This document shows, one piece after another, positions 61,786 to 64,000 of a DNA stretch of 64,000 bases. Under the pieces are notes generated by a model. The model did not search any database and was not told where the DNA came from. It saw only the letters and a program-made list of their open reading frames with translations. The stretch's first letter is position 1; every line of letters starts with the position of its first letter. Made by a program: the position numbers and the translations under genes. Source of the stretch: Candidatus Omnitrophota bacterium (GTDB lineage: Bacteria; Omnitrophota; Gorgyraeia; Gygaellales; Profunditerraquicolaceae); contig JAZDMX010000007.1 in assembly GCA_043800555.1 (NCBI GenBank), positions 26,683-90,682 of the forward strand, read 5' to 3'.

Positions 61786-63216
61786 CTAACCTCCTACTAT
61801 GGGAAGAAACCCCAAGATAAATCCCTTAAGCAGCCAGGGTGACAACACCCCAACCGCTACAATTAAGGATGCCAGGAATATCGCCGGAAACATCAAGCTG
61901 AAACCGGCTTCTCGAACATCCTTAAATTCATCGCGAGGCTTACCAAAGAATACTTTTCTTTGCAGGGCCAGAAAATAAGCCAGGGTCAAAAGGCTTCCTA
62001 ATACGGCAATAACCGCGTAAGTCTTGCAACCAGCCAACCACAAAGCAATGATTATAACCAATTTGCTCCAGAACCCGGCTAAAGGAGGAATTCCTGCGCA
62101 GGATAAACTTCCTATTACCGAAGTTAAGCTGGTTAAAGGCATCTGCTTGGCTAAGCCACCCATCTTCTCTATATCCCTTGAGCCCAGCCTATCTTCTACT
62201 GCAGCGGAATTAATGAAAAGAAGCGATTTAAAAGCAGCGTGATTAAAAATATGCAGGGCTGCTCCGGCAACCCCTAAAACTGTCCCGCTTCCGACTCCTA
62301 AGATAATATAACCGACCTGGCTAATACTCGAATAGCTAAGCATCCTTTTAAAATCGCTCTGGGTAAGAGCAGCCAGGGCCCCAAGGACAATCGAGAAGGC
62401 CCCGATAAATAGAAGAATAGGCTGTATTGAAACGCTAAACCCGAGCATCGATACGATGATCCTGATCAAAGAATAAACTCCGGCAACTTTAGTAATTATC
62501 CCCGCCAATAATATCGAGGCCGGGGCCGGGGCCGAAGTATAAACATCCGGCAACCAGCCATGAAAAGGCATCAGCCCGGATTTAATAAACAGGGCCACGA
62601 TAAATAACCCTATAGCTAAGCTGGCTATGAGGCTTTTACCCTGGTCGATAAGCATATAATGGACCAGCGAAAAATTTGTGCTTCCGGCAATAAGGATTAA
62701 CAAGGCTATGCCCGCAATCATCAAAACAGTGGCCACTCCGGATAGAACAATGTATTTGAACGCGCCTTCTAAGCCGGGCATATCCCGGTTAAACGCTATC
62801 AATATAAATGAAGAAACCGCTGTAACCTCTAAGAATACATAGAGTGAAAACACGTCTTTAGCCATAGTCACGGCATTCATTCCGGCGACAGCAATTAAAA
62901 GTATATTTATGAAATTGAACTTCTCGGCGTTATTCTTTATAAACGTAAGGGCGCTGAATAAAGTTACGAAAGAAACCATGGCAATGCAAAACAAAGCCAC
63001 TTTGCTTAAAATATCTACCCCGAGTTCAAAATTAAAAATGCTGGCGCAAAACGCATGATTCGCCTTCCAGAAAACAGGATCCGGAAGCAAAACCACCGCC
63101 ATCTGGAGCAAGGATAAAATGGCGGCCAGGCCAAAAGCCATTCTCCTAATCCCTTTAAGCGGAAGATTCAGGATTAATACGCTAAGAAATGGAATTAATA
63201 TTAATGCCGCGCACAC
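61786..63216 (-). CDS. MrpD/NuoN/NuoM-like antiporter-type membrane subunit
   Basis: 476 aa, about 14 TM helices. Conserved antiporter-module motifs (...WLPDVYTSAPAPASILLAGI..., ...GIPPLAGFWSK...). Confidence 0.75.
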   Translation of the reverse strand: MCAALILIPFLSVLILNLPLKGIRRMAFGLAAILSLLQMAVVLLPDPVFWKANHAFCASIFNFELGVDILSKVALFCIAMVSFVTLFSALTFIKNNAEKFNFINILLIAVAGMNAVTMAKDVFSLYVFLEVTAVSSFILIAFNRDMPGLEGAFKYIVLSGVATVLMIAGIALLILIAGSTNFSLVHYMLIDQGKSLIASLAIGLFIVALFIKSGLMPFHGWLPDVYTSAPAPASILLAGIITKVAGVYSLIRIIVSMLGFSVSIQPILLFIGAFSIVLGALAALTQSDFKRMLSYSSISQVGYIILGVGSGTVLGVAGAALHIFNHAAFKSLLFINSAAVEDRLGSRDIEKMGGLAKQMPLTSLTSVIGSLSCAGIPPLAGFWSKLVIIIALWLAGCKTYAVIAVLGSLLTLAYFLALQRKVFFGKPRDEFKDVREAGFSLMFPAIFLASLIVAVGVLSPWLLKGFILGFLPIVGG

Positions 63217-63282
63217 TTGAATACTCTCTTTTCTGTTAGGGCCAGCCCTACTCTTACAGCATCCGGCATAGAGCCTCTATTG

Positions 63283-64000
63283 CTACCGAAGAATAAGTAA
63301 CCCAAAAATAATGAGCATACCCGAAATTGCCCATGCCAGATAAACCGCATAATTACCCGTATGCAGTTTTCTTATGCCGGAGGAAAAACCATAAGCCAAC
63401 CGCACGCTTAAACTATCATAAACCCAGTTTATCCCCCTGTCCAAACCTAAGCTAATTTTAGAAATAATATTTATTAAACCCATGCCCCAATTATACGGGT
63501 CAAAAAACCTTTTTTCGGCCAAATCATAAATATTGGAGATAACAGGGAAATAGCGGATATGGTCCAAAGCGTGTAAGCCGCTTCCCCCCTTTTTTAAACC
63601 GAATAAATGATTAACTACGGCTAAAATTAACACTACAAAAGTAATTGCCACAAGCGCAGGATTCGCCGGAAAACCGCTAAAATGATGCCCCCCTAACCTT
63701 TCAGCCCCTAAGATGGGCTCAATGAGGTAATTTAAAGGCAACCAATTGAATAAACCGAAAATTGTGCAGATAAGGGCAATAACAACCATGGGTATAAGCA
63801 TGGCAAAATGCGCTTCTTTTACCTTTTCATTTCCCGGGTTGGCTTTACCCATAAAAGCAGAATGCCCGAGCTTTAAAAAAGAGGCGGCAGTAAGGAAAGA
63901 ACCTGCTACTGCCATAAAATAAAATATCCAACCTCGTTCCAGGGCTCCGTCATACACAAGCTCCTTGGAGAAAAATCCGTTAAAAGGCCAAACGCCTGAG
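63283..64000 (-). CDS. Second antiporter-like (NuoL/MrpA-type) membrane subunit, 5'-truncated by the window edge
   Basis: The frame is open from 64000 with no stop (…SGVWPFNGFFSKELVYDGALERGW…). The ORF-track M at 63957 is a GTG. Contains the …FLKLGHSAFMG… C-terminal antiporter motif. Confidence 0.5.
   Translation of the reverse strand, partial: SGVWPFNGFFSKELVYDGALERGWIFYFMAVAGSFLTAASFLKLGHSAFMGKANPGNEKVKEAHFAMLIPMVVIALICTIFGLFNWLPLNYLIEPILGAERLGGHHFSGFPANPALVAITFVVLILAVVNHLFGLKKGGSGLHALDHIRYFPVISNIYDLAEKRFFDPYNWGMGLINIISKISLGLDRGINWVYDSLSVRLAYGFSSGIRKLHTGNYAVYLAWAISGMLIIFGLLILR

Overview
This 64-kb window is almost entirely minus-strand housekeeping and bioenergetic genes, probably from an uncultivated anaerobic Gram-negative bacterium. 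The Gram-negative call rests on LpxB, an MsbA-like exporter and ExbBD. Only two genes (a Gfo/Idh/MocA oxidoreductase and lpxB) are on the plus strand.

Gene content, left to right:
- YbaB, a TlpA–CcdA–CutA thiol-redox cluster, flavodoxin, PgeF, YggU, RmuC, TtcA, MalQ, PilD and AroE.
- A contiguous branched-chain amino-acid operon (ilvD–ilvB–ilvN–ilvC–leuA), then class II FBA, PfkA, AhcY and MetK.
- A permease-less regulatory PTS module (ptsN–yvcK–ptsH–ptsI).
- Three tRNAs (Gly-GCC, Leu-TAG, Lys-TTT), then frr–pyrH–tsf–rpsB.
- A lipid A block: msbA-like divergent from a Gfo/Idh/MocA gene and lpxB.
- An M48 peptidase, an L27-like gene, a beta-CASP RNase, the N-terminal half only of carB, carA and pyrG.
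- A translationally coupled pair: a 637-aa protein and an HD-GYP protein that share an N-terminal domain.
- A complete F-type ATP synthase operon (atpZ/I-B-E-F-H-A-G-D-C), a KimA-like APC transporter and a K+-independent H+-pyrophosphatase.
- ExbB/ExbD, DedA, and the 3' two-thirds of a group 4 membrane-bound [NiFe]-hydrogenase operon that runs off the window at 64000.

The two most notable items are these. First, the hydrogenase operon has complex-I-like gene order (A-B-C-D-H-I homologues) with Mrp-antiporter-like subunits, and its large subunit retains both NiFe-binding Cys motifs. Second, a family of about 55-bp perfectly palindromic intergenic repeats built on TTCCAATGCGGG…CCCGCATTGGAA has six copies, two of them inside the hydrogenase operon.

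All calls come from reading the translated ORFs and the nucleotide sequence directly. No database search was possible.
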